This document shows, piece by piece, positions 26,948 through 36,604 of a stretch of 42,716 nucleotides of DNA. Source of the stretch: an uncultured Mycoplasmatota bacterium (GTDB lineage Bacteria; Bacillota_I; Bacilli_A; RF39; UBA660); assembly GCA_946494345.1 (NCBI GenBank), contig CAMMBX010000003.1, forward strand, positions 1 through 42,716. The letters are read 5' to 3'. The number at the start of each line of letters is the position of its first letter. Positions within the stretch are counted from its first letter, which is position 1. Made by a program: the position numbers and the translations under genes. The notes under the pieces were generated by a model. The model worked only from the letters and a program-made list of their open reading frames with translations. It made no database searches and was not told the DNA's origin.

Positions 26948-27024
26948 GTTAATAACAAGTTTAATTACTTGCTTATTTCTTAACTTATGTTATTAATAAA
27001 AAGTTAATAAGAGGAGGAGTTGTT

Positions 27025-27612
27025 ATGAAAGTTGAGAATTTAAAAATTTATACTAAAGCTTTAATTATAGTAGATATGATTAATGGCTTTGTTAAGGAAG
27101 GAGTATTACATGATGAAGAAATTTCAAGAGTTATACCTAGACAAATAGAACTTATAAAAGAATATCATGATACTAATGGATTAGTAGTATTTATTCAAGA
27201 TACTCATACAATAGACTCTACAGAACATAAGAGATTTCCTGATGTTCATTGTATTAAAGGTAGTGGTGAAGAAGAGGTAGTTTCTTTATTAAAACCTTTT
27301 ACATTTTTGGATAATACTATTTGTATTCCTAAAAACTCTACAAGTTTTATGGAAGCAGAGAAGTTTAGAAAAGTCGTAGAAGATGCCACTAATATAAGGG
27401 AGTTTGATATAGTAGGTTGTTGTACTGATATATGTGTTTGTAATGGTTCTATTGGTCTTGCAAACTATCTTGATGAACATAATAGAGAGGCATTAATAAA
27501 AGTTCATCTTGATGCTATTGCGACATTTAATGAAAAAAATAGAAAAGAATATGTAGATTCAGCTTGCTTACTTATGGAACAACAAGGAATTCAGTTAGTT
27601 AAAAAAAATTAG
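27025..27612 (+). CDS. pncA: Nicotinamidase (isochorismatase family)
   Basis: LIIVDMINGF, QDTH, FPDVHC, KNSTS, VGCCTDICV; adjacent to pncB. Confidence 0.85.
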   Translation: MKVENLKIYTKALIIVDMINGFVKEGVLHDEEISRVIPRQIELIKEYHDTNGLVVFIQDTHTIDSTEHKRFPDVHCIKGSGEEEVVSLLKPFTFLDNTICIPKNSTSFMEAEKFRKVVEDATNIREFDIVGCCTDICVCNGSIGLANYLDEHNREALIKVHLDAIATFNEKNRKEYVDSACLLMEQQGIQLVKKN

Positions 27613-27655
27613 ATTTTGATATTAATATTTTTGATAAAAAGAAAGGAATGATATT

Positions 27656-29095
27656 ATGATTAATAAAACAATGATGACTGATTTTTATGAATTAACTATG
27701 GCAGAGACTTATTTTAATGAAGGGAAGATGGATGAGATTGTTTATTTTGATGTTTTCTTCCGTAAGAATCCTTTTGATGGAGGATATACTATAAGTGGTG
27801 GATTAGAAGAGACTATTAACTATATTAAAAACTTTAAATATGATGAAGAGTTTATAAATTATTTGCAAGGATTAGGAAACTTTAGTGAGGAGTTTTTAAA
27901 ATATCTTTCTACACTTAGGTTTAAAGGTGATATTTATGCTGTACCTGATGGAACTTTTGTCTTTCCAAATGAACCTGTAATGACAGTTAGAACTGATATA
28001 ATTACGGCCCAACTTATTGAAACAGCATTACTTGCCAACTTTAATCATGCAGCACTTGTTACTACTAAGTCTAAAAGAATTACGAAAGAAGCTTCTGTCC
28101 CTGTTATGGAGTTTGGCTTAAGAAGAGCAAGAGGGCTAGATTCTGGTGTGGAAGCTAGTAAATATGCATATATTGGAGGTTGTGTTGGAACTTCTAACAC
28201 ATATGCTGGATATAAATTTGATATTCCAGTAATGGGAACAATGGCTCATTCTTTGATTATGGAAAGTGATGATGAGTATGAGGCATTCTTAAGTTATGCT
28301 AAGAGTAATAAAGATAACTGTGTATTTCTTGTAGATACATATGATACTCTTAGAAGTGGTATTCCTAATGCTATTAGAGTTGCTAAAGATTATCTTGTTC
28401 CTAATGGTTATAAATTTAAAGGTATAAGAATAGATAGTGGTGATTTAGCTTATCTATCTAAAGAAGCAAGGAAGATGTTAGATAAAGAAGGATTTACTGA
28501 TACTACTATTTGTTTATCTAATGGTTTAGATGAATATACAATTAGAGACTTAGTTAGACAAGGTGCAGTTTTTGATAGTTTAGGAGTTGGTGATAATATT
28601 TCTGCTTCAAAAGAAAGAGTTGGAGGTGTCTATAAATTAGTAGCAGTAGAAGATGATAATAAAATAAGTCCTCGCATTAAAGTTAGTAATGATAGTGCTA
28701 AGACTATTAATCCTGGATATAAAAAAGTATATCGTTTCTATGATAAAAATACAGGCTATGCTTTAGGTGATGTTGTCTCTTTAGCGGATGAAGTAATAAA
28801 TAAAAATCATTATACCTTAGTTCATCCTGTTGATACTTGGAAAAGACAAGAGCTTACTAATTATAATATTAGATCTTTGCTTGTTCCAATATTTAAAGAT
28901 GGTAAATTAGTTTATAATGATAAAACTTTGTTAGAAAAAAAGAATTATTGTGATGATGAGTTTAAGACATTTTATCCTGAAGTTACAAGAATTGATAATC
29001 CTCATGAATATTATGTTGATTTATCAGATAAACTAAGAATGTTAAAAAATAAAATGATTGAAGAACATAAAAATAAGGTATTGATAAAAAAATGA
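27656..29095 (+). CDS. pncB: Nicotinate phosphoribosyltransferase
   Basis: TDFYELTM, FFRKNPF, EFGLRRA, GTMAHS, LVDTYD, GIRIDSGD, GGVYKL. Confidence 0.95.
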   Translation: MINKTMMTDFYELTMAETYFNEGKMDEIVYFDVFFRKNPFDGGYTISGGLEETINYIKNFKYDEEFINYLQGLGNFSEEFLKYLSTLRFKGDIYAVPDGTFVFPNEPVMTVRTDIITAQLIETALLANFNHAALVTTKSKRITKEASVPVMEFGLRRARGLDSGVEASKYAYIGGCVGTSNTYAGYKFDIPVMGTMAHSLIMESDDEYEAFLSYAKSNKDNCVFLVDTYDTLRSGIPNAIRVAKDYLVPNGYKFKGIRIDSGDLAYLSKEARKMLDKEGFTDTTICLSNGLDEYTIRDLVRQGAVFDSLGVGDNISASKERVGGVYKLVAVEDDNKISPRIKVSNDSAKTINPGYKKVYRFYDKNTGYALGDVVSLADEVINKNHYTLVHPVDTWKRQELTNYNIRSLLVPIFKDGKLVYNDKTLLEKKNYCDDEFKTFYPEVTRIDNPHEYYVDLSDKLRMLKNKMIEEHKNKVLIKK

Positions 29096-29248
29096 GAAAA
29101 GAGAAATTAAAAGAATTAAATAATAGTTAAAGAACATAATTTAGATGAAAATGAATTTGTAAAATACTTTCTTTGTAGTTATGAGGAAGCTTTAGAACTG
29201 ATTAATATGGCTTATATTAAAGATATTCAATCTAAATATGCTTTATAA
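29092..29248 (+). pseudogene. Small frameshifted ORF coupled to pncB
   Basis: ATGA overlap with the pncB stop; removing one A near 29120 gives MRKEKLKELIIVKEHNLDENEFVKYFLCSYEEALELINMAYIKDIQSKYAL. Confidence 0.4.
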
Positions 29249-29278
29249 TTATCTAGAAATATATTAAGAGGTGATTAA

Positions 29279-31192
29279 ATGAAAGAATATGGATTTGTTA
29301 GAGTAGGGGCAATTGTTAATAAATTAGTACTTGCTAGTCCTATTTCTAATGCTAAAGAGATTGTTAAAATGATTAAGGAGGCTTATAGTAAAGATATATC
29401 TATTGTTGCAACACCTGAACTTGCTCTTACGGGATATACTTGTGGGGATTTGTTTTTACAAGATCAGTTACTTAATACGTCTTTAGAAGCTTTAAAAATT
29501 ATTCTTGATGAGACTAAGGATTTAGATATTATTTCTATTATAGGTATGCCTATAAGATGTAATAATCAATTGATAAACAGTGCAGTTGTAATAGAAAAAG
29601 GTGATATTCTTGGTGTAGTTCCTAAAAGTTATATACCAAACTATTCTGAATTCTATGAAAAGAGATGGTTTACTTCTAGTTTTGATTTAAGAAGTGATGA
29701 AGTTAAACTATTAGGTAAAAACGTACCTATTTCTACAAAGCTTCTATTTAGAGATAAAGAAATGAATGAGATTACTTTTGCAATTGAAATTTGTGAAGAC
29801 TTATGGGCTGTGAATGCTCCTAGTAATAATCACTGTTTAAATGGAGCCTCTATTATCTTTAATTTATCTAGTAGTAATGAAATAGTAGGTAAACACAGTT
29901 ATCGTAAAACTTTAGTCTCTTCTTCCTCTTCTAAAACAATATCAGGTTATGTCTATGTAAGTAGTGGAATAATGGAATCTAGTTCAGATTTATTATTTGG
30001 AGGAGCTTCTTTAATTTATGAAAATGGAAAGTTGTTGAAAGAAAATAAACGTTTTCTAATAGAGAGTAATTTGATTTATGCTGATATCGATGTCTTTAAT
30101 CTAATTAATGAAAGATGTCGTAATAGTAGTTTTACTAGTAGTGTTTATAGTGGTGATTATAAAGTTATTGAAGTAGAAGTTAGTGATAAAATAAAGAAAT
30201 TAGATAGAGCTTATAAGATGTATCCTTTTGTTCCTAATACTTTACAAGATGAAAGATTTAATGAGATCTTAGAAATACAAAGTAGTGCTCTTGCAAGAAG
30301 AGTTATGCAATTAAATTATACAAAATGTGTTATTGGAATGTCAGGAGGACTTGATTCTACTCTTGCTTTTCTAGTTATAGTTAGAGCTTTTAGAAAGTTA
30401 GATCTCGATACTAAAAACATTATTGGAGTTACAATGCCTGGATTTGGTACTACGGATAGGACTTATAATAATGCCATTAACTTAGTAAAAGAATATGGAG
30501 CGACTTTAAAAGAAGTTAGTATAAAAGAAGCCTCTTTATTACATATGAGGGATATTGGCTTAGATGAAAATGATAGAAGTGTTACTTATGAAAATATTCA
30601 AGCAAGAGAGAGAACGCAAATACTTATGGATATTGCTAATATGGTAGGGGGTATTGTTATTGGTACGGGTGATCTATCAGAACTTGCTTTAGGATGGTGT
30701 ACTTATAATGGAGATCATATGAGTATGTATGCAGTTAATTCATCTATTCCTAAGACTTTAGTAAGACATTTAGTAGAATATGTTAAAAATAATAGTGAGG
30801 AAAAGAGAAAAAAAATTTTAACTGATATTTTAGATACTCCTATATCACCTGAATTGTTACCACCTGATGAAGCAGGGAATATCTTACAAAAAACAGAGTC
30901 TAGTATAGGTCCATATGTTTTACATGATTTCTTTTTATATCATTTATTAAGACATGGAACATCTTTTAAAAAAATATATTTACTTGCTAAATTAACATTT
31001 AAAGATAATTTTACTAATGACGAGATTAAAAAATGGTTAAAAGTATTTATTAAACGTTTTTACACACAACAGTTTAAAAGAAATGCTATGCCTGATGGGG
31101 TTAAGGTTGGTAGTGTGTCTTTATCTCCAAGAGGAGATTTAAGAATGCCAAGTGATGCTAGTTATGAGGAGATTCTTGAAGAATTAGATTAG
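29279..31192 (+). CDS. nadE: Glutamine-dependent NAD+ synthetase
   Basis: Nitrilase domain (PELALTGY, PNYSEFYEKRWF, EICEDLW) plus SGGLDS, ENIQARER, GTGDLSE, QQFKR. Confidence 0.95.
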   Translation: MKEYGFVRVGAIVNKLVLASPISNAKEIVKMIKEAYSKDISIVATPELALTGYTCGDLFLQDQLLNTSLEALKIILDETKDLDIISIIGMPIRCNNQLINSAVVIEKGDILGVVPKSYIPNYSEFYEKRWFTSSFDLRSDEVKLLGKNVPISTKLLFRDKEMNEITFAIEICEDLWAVNAPSNNHCLNGASIIFNLSSSNEIVGKHSYRKTLVSSSSSKTISGYVYVSSGIMESSSDLLFGGASLIYENGKLLKENKRFLIESNLIYADIDVFNLINERCRNSSFTSSVYSGDYKVIEVEVSDKIKKLDRAYKMYPFVPNTLQDERFNEILEIQSSALARRVMQLNYTKCVIGMSGGLDSTLAFLVIVRAFRKLDLDTKNIIGVTMPGFGTTDRTYNNAINLVKEYGATLKEVSIKEASLLHMRDIGLDENDRSVTYENIQARERTQILMDIANMVGGIVIGTGDLSELALGWCTYNGDHMSMYAVNSSIPKTLVRHLVEYVKNNSEEKRKKILTDILDTPISPELLPPDEAGNILQKTESSIGPYVLHDFFLYHLLRHGTSFKKIYLLAKLTFKDNFTNDEIKKWLKVFIKRFYTQQFKRNAMPDGVKVGSVSLSPRGDLRMPSDASYEEILEELD

Positions 31193-31218
31193 TATATTGT
31201 TAAGAAGAAGGAGATAGT

Positions 31219-32256
31219 ATGAAAGAAGTAAAAAATAAATTTGGTGAAGGAATTCTTTATCAAGAAAGAGATTTAAAAGGAAATATTTATGCGACAAGTG
31301 CTGCTTGTATGTCAGTATGGAGTGATTTGTTATCTTTTGCAAATAAATATAAAGAAAGGTTTGTAACTGAACCAGTTAAAGCTGATACAATTGTTGTTCT
31401 TGGTTGTCAAGTAACTGATTTAGCAGTATTAAATGATTTAGAAGTAGCGAAAAAATTACATCAAAAAACAGGTAAAGATATTTTTATGGGTGGATGTCTT
31501 GCTCAGAGAATGGATATTCCTCTTCCTAGTTATATCAAAAGATTAGATGTAGTTAGAGAAATAGGAATTCCACTTAATGATAGAAGTTTGGTTAACTATG
31601 AAAAACCATTCTGGGTTCCTGATTTTGAAGATTCTGAAGATAATTTGAAAGATGGTAATTTATTTAGAAATTATTATCCTCTAAAAATTGGTGCAGGTTG
31701 TCATGGTAAATGTAAATACTGTACTATTCGCCATACCAGAGGTGATAATTATGCATTAGTTGCAGAGAGTCAAATAGATGAGTTTTTAAATCATGAACAT
31801 GTGGTATTAACTTCTGATAGTCCAACTGTATTACAGGTAAAATCTTGGTGTAAGATTGCTAAAAAATGTAATAAAGAAATATCAATTAGAAATATTGAAC
31901 CACAAAACTTAATTCAGTGTAGGGAAGAATTATTAGATTTAGCATATAATGGCTTATTAGATATTGTTCACTGTCCTGTTCAAAGTTTTGATGAAGAGTT
32001 ATTGAGAGTTATGAATAGAAATGTAGAAGCGACTAAGCAAGCGGTTTTATTGCTTCATGAATTAAAAGATAATGGGGTAATAACAGCGACTAATATTATT
32101 ATTGATTATACAGTAGATGGAAAGTTATATAAGAATCATGATAAAGAAAAGTTAGCAGAAAACTTTAATTATTATTCATGGAATCCATATTTTGATGGAA
32201 ATTTTGATATGGAAAGAGCGAAAACTAGATTTAAAAAGTATATTGTTAAACGGTGA
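31219..32256 (+). CDS. Radical SAM protein, MiaB/RimO methylthiotransferase-like, no TRAM domain
   Basis: N-terminal MTTase-type Cys trio (TSAAC, VLGCQVT, MGGCLAQ) and LKIGAGCHGKCKYC; only 345 aa. Confidence 0.75.
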   Translation: MKEVKNKFGEGILYQERDLKGNIYATSAACMSVWSDLLSFANKYKERFVTEPVKADTIVVLGCQVTDLAVLNDLEVAKKLHQKTGKDIFMGGCLAQRMDIPLPSYIKRLDVVREIGIPLNDRSLVNYEKPFWVPDFEDSEDNLKDGNLFRNYYPLKIGAGCHGKCKYCTIRHTRGDNYALVAESQIDEFLNHEHVVLTSDSPTVLQVKSWCKIAKKCNKEISIRNIEPQNLIQCREELLDLAYNGLLDIVHCPVQSFDEELLRVMNRNVEATKQAVLLLHELKDNGVITATNIIIDYTVDGKLYKNHDKEKLAENFNYYSWNPYFDGNFDMERAKTRFKKYIVKR

Positions 32257-32262
32257 TGTATT

Positions 32263-32853
32263 ATGAAAATAGGTATTTTTGGAGGTAGTTTTAATCCTCC
32301 TCATAAAATGCATAAACAAATAGCTTTAGATCTTATTAAAAATAATTATGTGGATAAAGTTATATTTGTTCCTACGGGTAGTAAATATAAATATAAAAAT
32401 AATCTTTTAAGTGATAAAGTAAGATTAGAAATGTTAAAGTTAATGTGTTGTGATAATGCTACTTTAGAAGTTAGTGATTATGAATTAAAAGACCATGTTG
32501 TTTATACTTATGAGACTTTAAATTATTTTAAGAAAAAATATAATAATGACGAAATTTATTTTATTTGTGGTACTGATAATTTAAGTTATATAGATGAGTG
32601 GAAAAATGGTTTAGATATTTTATCTAATAATAAATTATTAATTATTAAAAGAAGTACTGATAATATAGATCAGTTATTAGTAAAGTTTAAAGATTATAAA
32701 GATAATATTATTGTTACTAATATTTTAGAAAATGAGATATCTTCTACTAAAATAAGAAAGGAAATAAAGAGCGGAAATATTTCTAATGTTAAAAATTATG
32801 TTGAAAAAGAAGTCTTTAATTATATAGTAGATAATAAATTATATCTTAAATAG
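32263..32853 (+). CDS. nadD: Nicotinate-nucleotide adenylyltransferase
   Basis: IGIFGGSFNPPHKMH, YTYETL, FICGTDN, ISSTKIR. Confidence 0.93.
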   Translation: MKIGIFGGSFNPPHKMHKQIALDLIKNNYVDKVIFVPTGSKYKYKNNLLSDKVRLEMLKLMCCDNATLEVSDYELKDHVVYTYETLNYFKKKYNNDEIYFICGTDNLSYIDEWKNGLDILSNNKLLIIKRSTDNIDQLLVKFKDYKDNIIVTNILENEISSTKIRKEIKSGNISNVKNYVEKEVFNYIVDNKLYLK

Positions 32854-32904
32854 TTACTTTAGATAAAATTTGTTATAATATTATTATGATTGGAGGCGGT
32901 ATTT

Positions 32905-33759
32905 ATGTTAGGAGCGATTATTGGAGATTTAGCAGGTTCTAGTTATGAAGTAGAAGAGGTTTCTTACTTTCGGAAGTATCATAAACCTAGGCCATATGAT
33001 GAGAGAATAAAAATAATGGATAAGACTGTGCCTTTATTTCTTGATAATTCTTCTTTTACTGATGATACTTGTTGGACTTGTGCTATTTATGATGCTATTA
33101 TTAATGGCAATTTTGAGTATGAGAAATATTTAAGAGAATATGGTATGAGAGAGTTAAATAAAGGGCAAGATATATATGGTAGAAGTAGATTTGGTAAGGG
33201 ATCTGTAGAATGGCTTAAGGGTAATTATCAAGGTGAAAGTTATGGCAATGGAGCGGCTATGAGAATTAGTCCAATTGGTTTTTGTTTTGATTCATCCTCA
33301 CAAATAAAAGAAGAAAGTTATAAGGCTACAATACCATCTCATAATAATATTGAAGCGCTAAAAAGTGCAGAAGCAGTAGCTATTTCTATTTATTTACTTA
33401 GATTTGGTATTGAAAGATGTGAATTAAAAGATTATATTGAAAATAATTATTATAAACTTGACTTTGATTTGGAAGAGTTAAGGCATAATTATACCTTTAC
33501 TAGTAGATCTAAAGATTCAGTACCACAAGCATTCTTTATTTTCTTTTCTTCTAATGACTTTGAAGATGCGATTAGAAAGGCTATTTCTATAGGAGGAGAC
33601 ACTGATACTATTGCAAGTATTACAGGAGCATTAGCAGAAGCTTATTATGGTGTACCTTTGGAATTAAAAGAAAAACTTGCAACTTTACTTGATGAAGATA
33701 CTTATAATTTATTAAAGAAAAGATACTTTGCCAAAAAAGAATATATATTGAAAGGGTGA
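32905..33759 (+). CDS. ADP-ribosylglycohydrolase (DraG/ARH family)
   Basis: LGAIIGD, FTDDT, SYGNGAAMR, GGDTDT. ATG 32905 follows GGAGG; TGtTATAAT at 32871-32879 suggests an internal promoter. Confidence 0.9.
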   Translation: MLGAIIGDLAGSSYEVEEVSYFRKYHKPRPYDERIKIMDKTVPLFLDNSSFTDDTCWTCAIYDAIINGNFEYEKYLREYGMRELNKGQDIYGRSRFGKGSVEWLKGNYQGESYGNGAAMRISPIGFCFDSSSQIKEESYKATIPSHNNIEALKSAEAVAISIYLLRFGIERCELKDYIENNYYKLDFDLEELRHNYTFTSRSKDSVPQAFFIFFSSNDFEDAIRKAISIGGDTDTIASITGALAEAYYGVPLELKEKLATLLDEDTYNLLKKRYFAKKEYILKG

Positions 33760-33763
33760 TTTT

Positions 33764-34237
33764 ATGAATTTTAAAGAAATTATTCATATCTTACAATTAG
33801 GACAAAAAACAATTGCAACAATGGAGTCTTGTACTGGTGGTGGTGTAGTTAATGCTATTACTAATTGTGAGGGTGCTAGTGAGATATTAAAATTTAGTGC
33901 AGTAACTTATTCTAATGAATATAAAGTTAAGATGGGTGTTCCTAAAGAAGTTATTGATAAATATACTGTCTATAGTATGGAAACAGCAATAGAAATGAGT
34001 AAAACAATTTGTAATTTTGCAGATAGTAATTATGGTATTGGTATTACTGGTAAATTAAATAAAAGTGATCCTAATAATCCAACTGGTGATGATAATACTG
34101 TTTATATTTGTATTTATGATAGAGATAATAATAAATTTTATAAAGAGAAGATGACTGTTAATAAAGAAAGTAGAGAATTAAATAAAGAACATATTATAGA
34201 TAAGATTATTAAAATGTTACTTGATATAATAAAGTAA
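33764..34237 (+). CDS. cinA: CinA C-terminal domain / NMN deamidase (PncC-like)
   Basis: ATMESCTGG, VTYSNEYK, GIGITG. Confidence 0.85.
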   Translation: MNFKEIIHILQLGQKTIATMESCTGGGVVNAITNCEGASEILKFSAVTYSNEYKVKMGVPKEVIDKYTVYSMETAIEMSKTICNFADSNYGIGITGKLNKSDPNNPTGDDNTVYICIYDRDNNKFYKEKMTVNKESRELNKEHIIDKIIKMLLDIIK

Positions 34238-34287
34238 CATTTTAATAAATAATGTGTTATAATCATTTTATGAAAAAGAGGTGTAGT

Positions 34288-35121
34288 ATGGAAAAAGTTT
34301 ATAAGAGTGAAGAAGAGTTTTTAAAACATTATAATGCTAAAGACTTTGATCAGTTATCAATGACTGCTGATATTCTTTTAATAAGTGTATCTAGTGAAGA
34401 AGTTAATAACTATCGTAAAAATAGTAAGAAGATGATGAGTATTCTTTTAGTTAAAAGAAGTGATTATCCTTTTAAAGGTAAATGGTGCCTACCAGGAGGT
34501 TTTTTAAATCCTAAAACTGAAACTTTGGAGAGTTGTGCTAAAAGAGTGTTGAAAAAAGAAACTAATCTTTCTAATATTTATTTAGAACAGTTATATACTT
34601 ATGATGCAATTGATAGAGATCCAAGAACAAGAGTAATATCAACCTCTTATATTGCTTTAGTTGATAAGAATAGATTAACAGAAATGATTAATCCTAATGC
34701 TTGTTGGTTTGATGTTATCTTAATAGAAGAAAAGAATAATATTGTTGATATTACTTTAACTAATGGAGATGAGACTATTAACTTATCAATACAAAAGATA
34801 TTAAGAGAAAAGACTACTGATAGATATAGTTTTAAAGCAAGAAAAAATGTGTTAGCCTTTGATCATGATTTAGTGGTATTAGCAGGTATTGAACGGTTAA
34901 AAAATAAAGTTAATTATACTGATATCGTCTTTAATATGATGCCTGAATACTTTACATTAGGAGAATTACAGCAAGTTTATGAAGTAATACTTAATAAGAA
35001 ATTATTAGATCCTGCTTTTAGAAGAATTATTAAAGATAAAGTAGTTAAGACTAATAAAATGAAAACAGGAGAAGGACATAGACCATCAGTATTATTTAAG
35101 TATAGGAATAAAAATGATTAA
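34288..35121 (+). CDS. nrtR: NrtR-type Nudix-wHTH transcriptional regulator
   Basis: WCLPGGF, degenerate Nudix box (RVLKKETNL), LEQLYT, RDPR, LAFDH, FTLGELQ.VYE, GHRP. ATG 34288 follows GAGGTG. Confidence 0.85.
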   Translation: MEKVYKSEEEFLKHYNAKDFDQLSMTADILLISVSSEEVNNYRKNSKKMMSILLVKRSDYPFKGKWCLPGGFLNPKTETLESCAKRVLKKETNLSNIYLEQLYTYDAIDRDPRTRVISTSYIALVDKNRLTEMINPNACWFDVILIEEKNNIVDITLTNGDETINLSIQKILREKTTDRYSFKARKNVLAFDHDLVVLAGIERLKNKVNYTDIVFNMMPEYFTLGELQQVYEVILNKKLLDPAFRRIIKDKVVKTNKMKTGEGHRPSVLFKYRNKND

Positions 35122-35914
35122 GATAAATAGAATAAAGTTATTTGTTAATGATAATTTAAAATCAAAGAAAATTGCCGATATTGTTAAATCTAAATTAAAA
35201 GATAATGGCTTTAAAATAGTTACTAAAAACTATGACTTGGGAATAGCGATTGGAGGAGATGGATCATTTCTTCGGATGGTTAAAGATAGTTCTTTTGATA
35301 GTAAATGTTATTATATTGGTATTAATACAGGTACTCTTGGCTTTGCGATGGGATTGAGTTTTGATGAGATTGATACTTTTATTAAAAAACTTACTTTAGA
35401 AGAGTTAAAGTGTGAAAAAATAGGAATAGGGGAAATAGAAGTAGAAACTAAAGAAGAAACTTTTAACCACTTTACTTTAAATGAGATTGTTTTAAGAGAA
35501 CAAGAACTTAATACAGCAAAGTTTAAAGTATTAATAAATGATGAAGTATTAGAAAATTATGTAGGTGATGGGTTGTTAATTTCAACTTCTTTTGGTTCAA
35601 CGGCTTATAATCTTAGTTTTGGTGGTTCTATTGTTTATAATACCTTCCATACTTTACAACTTACTCCAATTGCACCACTTAATTCTAAAAGTTATAGAAG
35701 TTTACTTAATTCCTTGATTGTTCCTTCTGATAAGATAATATCTATAAGACCAGAAGTTGTTAGTAAAAATGTTCTAATTACTATAGACGGTGATAATTAT
35801 AAGTATAATGATGTAATAAGAGTAGATACTTATATAAGAGATAAAGAAATAAATGTTCTTAGAATGAATGATTATGATATGATTAAAAAAATTAATGAAA
35901 AATTCTTAAAATAA
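35114..35914 (+). CDS. nadK: NAD kinase
   Basis: GGDGSFL, GINTGTLGF, LNE, GDGLLISTSFGSTAYNLS. Confidence 0.92.
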   Translation: MIKINRIKLFVNDNLKSKKIADIVKSKLKDNGFKIVTKNYDLGIAIGGDGSFLRMVKDSSFDSKCYYIGINTGTLGFAMGLSFDEIDTFIKKLTLEELKCEKIGIGEIEVETKEETFNHFTLNEIVLREQELNTAKFKVLINDEVLENYVGDGLLISTSFGSTAYNLSFGGSIVYNTFHTLQLTPIAPLNSKSYRSLLNSLIVPSDKIISIRPEVVSKNVLITIDGDNYKYNDVIRVDTYIRDKEINVLRMNDYDMIKKINEKFLK

Positions 35915-35919
35915 TTATA

Positions 35920-36600
35920 TTAGAGATATTTATGTACCTTAATAATATAATTATTTTTTTTAGTTTTTTTAGTTTTACCAATATATTTGTATTTACCATA
36001 TTTTCTAATACTAAAAACATCTTCTTCTTTTAAAAGATAAGAAGGGTTAGTAATAATGTTATAATTTAAGATGACTTCTTTATTTTTAAATTTTTCTTTT
36101 ACTTTACTTCTTGATAGGTTAGTAATATTTGCAACGATAGTATCTATTCTTTCACTTTTAACGATAAATTCTAGTTCTTTAAACTTTCTTTTATAGTCTT
36201 TTAAAGTGTTTATATCCATTTCTTCCAGTTTAATATAACTATTTTTAATTTTTGTAAAATTTGTTAGAAAATAATTTTTCATAGATGATAGTAAATAAAA
36301 ATAATAATTGTTATTATCTATGATAATGTCTCCAAAGACACTTTTGTTTATATCTAGAGAAAAGATACTTCCTAAAATGTCTTGGTGTTTAAAATTATCT
36401 TTAGTGATAATTTTAAATAATACTACTTCAGGTATTTTATTTTTATAAAGAATCATTTTTTCACATTCAGGGAATGGTTTAAATATATTATATTCATTCT
36501 TTTTAAAATATTTAGTTACTTCTATTACTTCATTTGGATCAAGAAAAAATGTATAATTATCATTTCTTAGTTTATCTATATTTTTCTTTATACTGTACAT
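35920..36600 (-). CDS. ylmH: YlmH/Sll1252-family S4-domain protein
   Basis: FLDP, HQDILGSI, GDI, SERIDTIVA...SRS, SIRKYGKY. Confidence 0.85.
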   Translation of the reverse strand: MYSIKKNIDKLRNDNYTFFLDPNEVIEVTKYFKKNEYNIFKPFPECEKMILYKNKIPEVVLFKIITKDNFKHQDILGSIFSLDINKSVFGDIIIDNNNYYFYLLSSMKNYFLTNFTKIKNSYIKLEEMDINTLKDYKRKFKELEFIVKSERIDTIVANITNLSRSKVKEKFKNKEVILNYNIITNPSYLLKEEDVFSIRKYGKYKYIGKTKKTKKNNYIIKVHKYL

Positions 36601-36604
36601 AATC

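Noticed and set aside
27025-35914. Phage NAD reconstitution pathway (NARP1/2) or prophage
   Set aside because: Gene set is Preiss-Handler salvage with NrtR; no ADPR-PP synthetase/Nampt pair and no phage genes.
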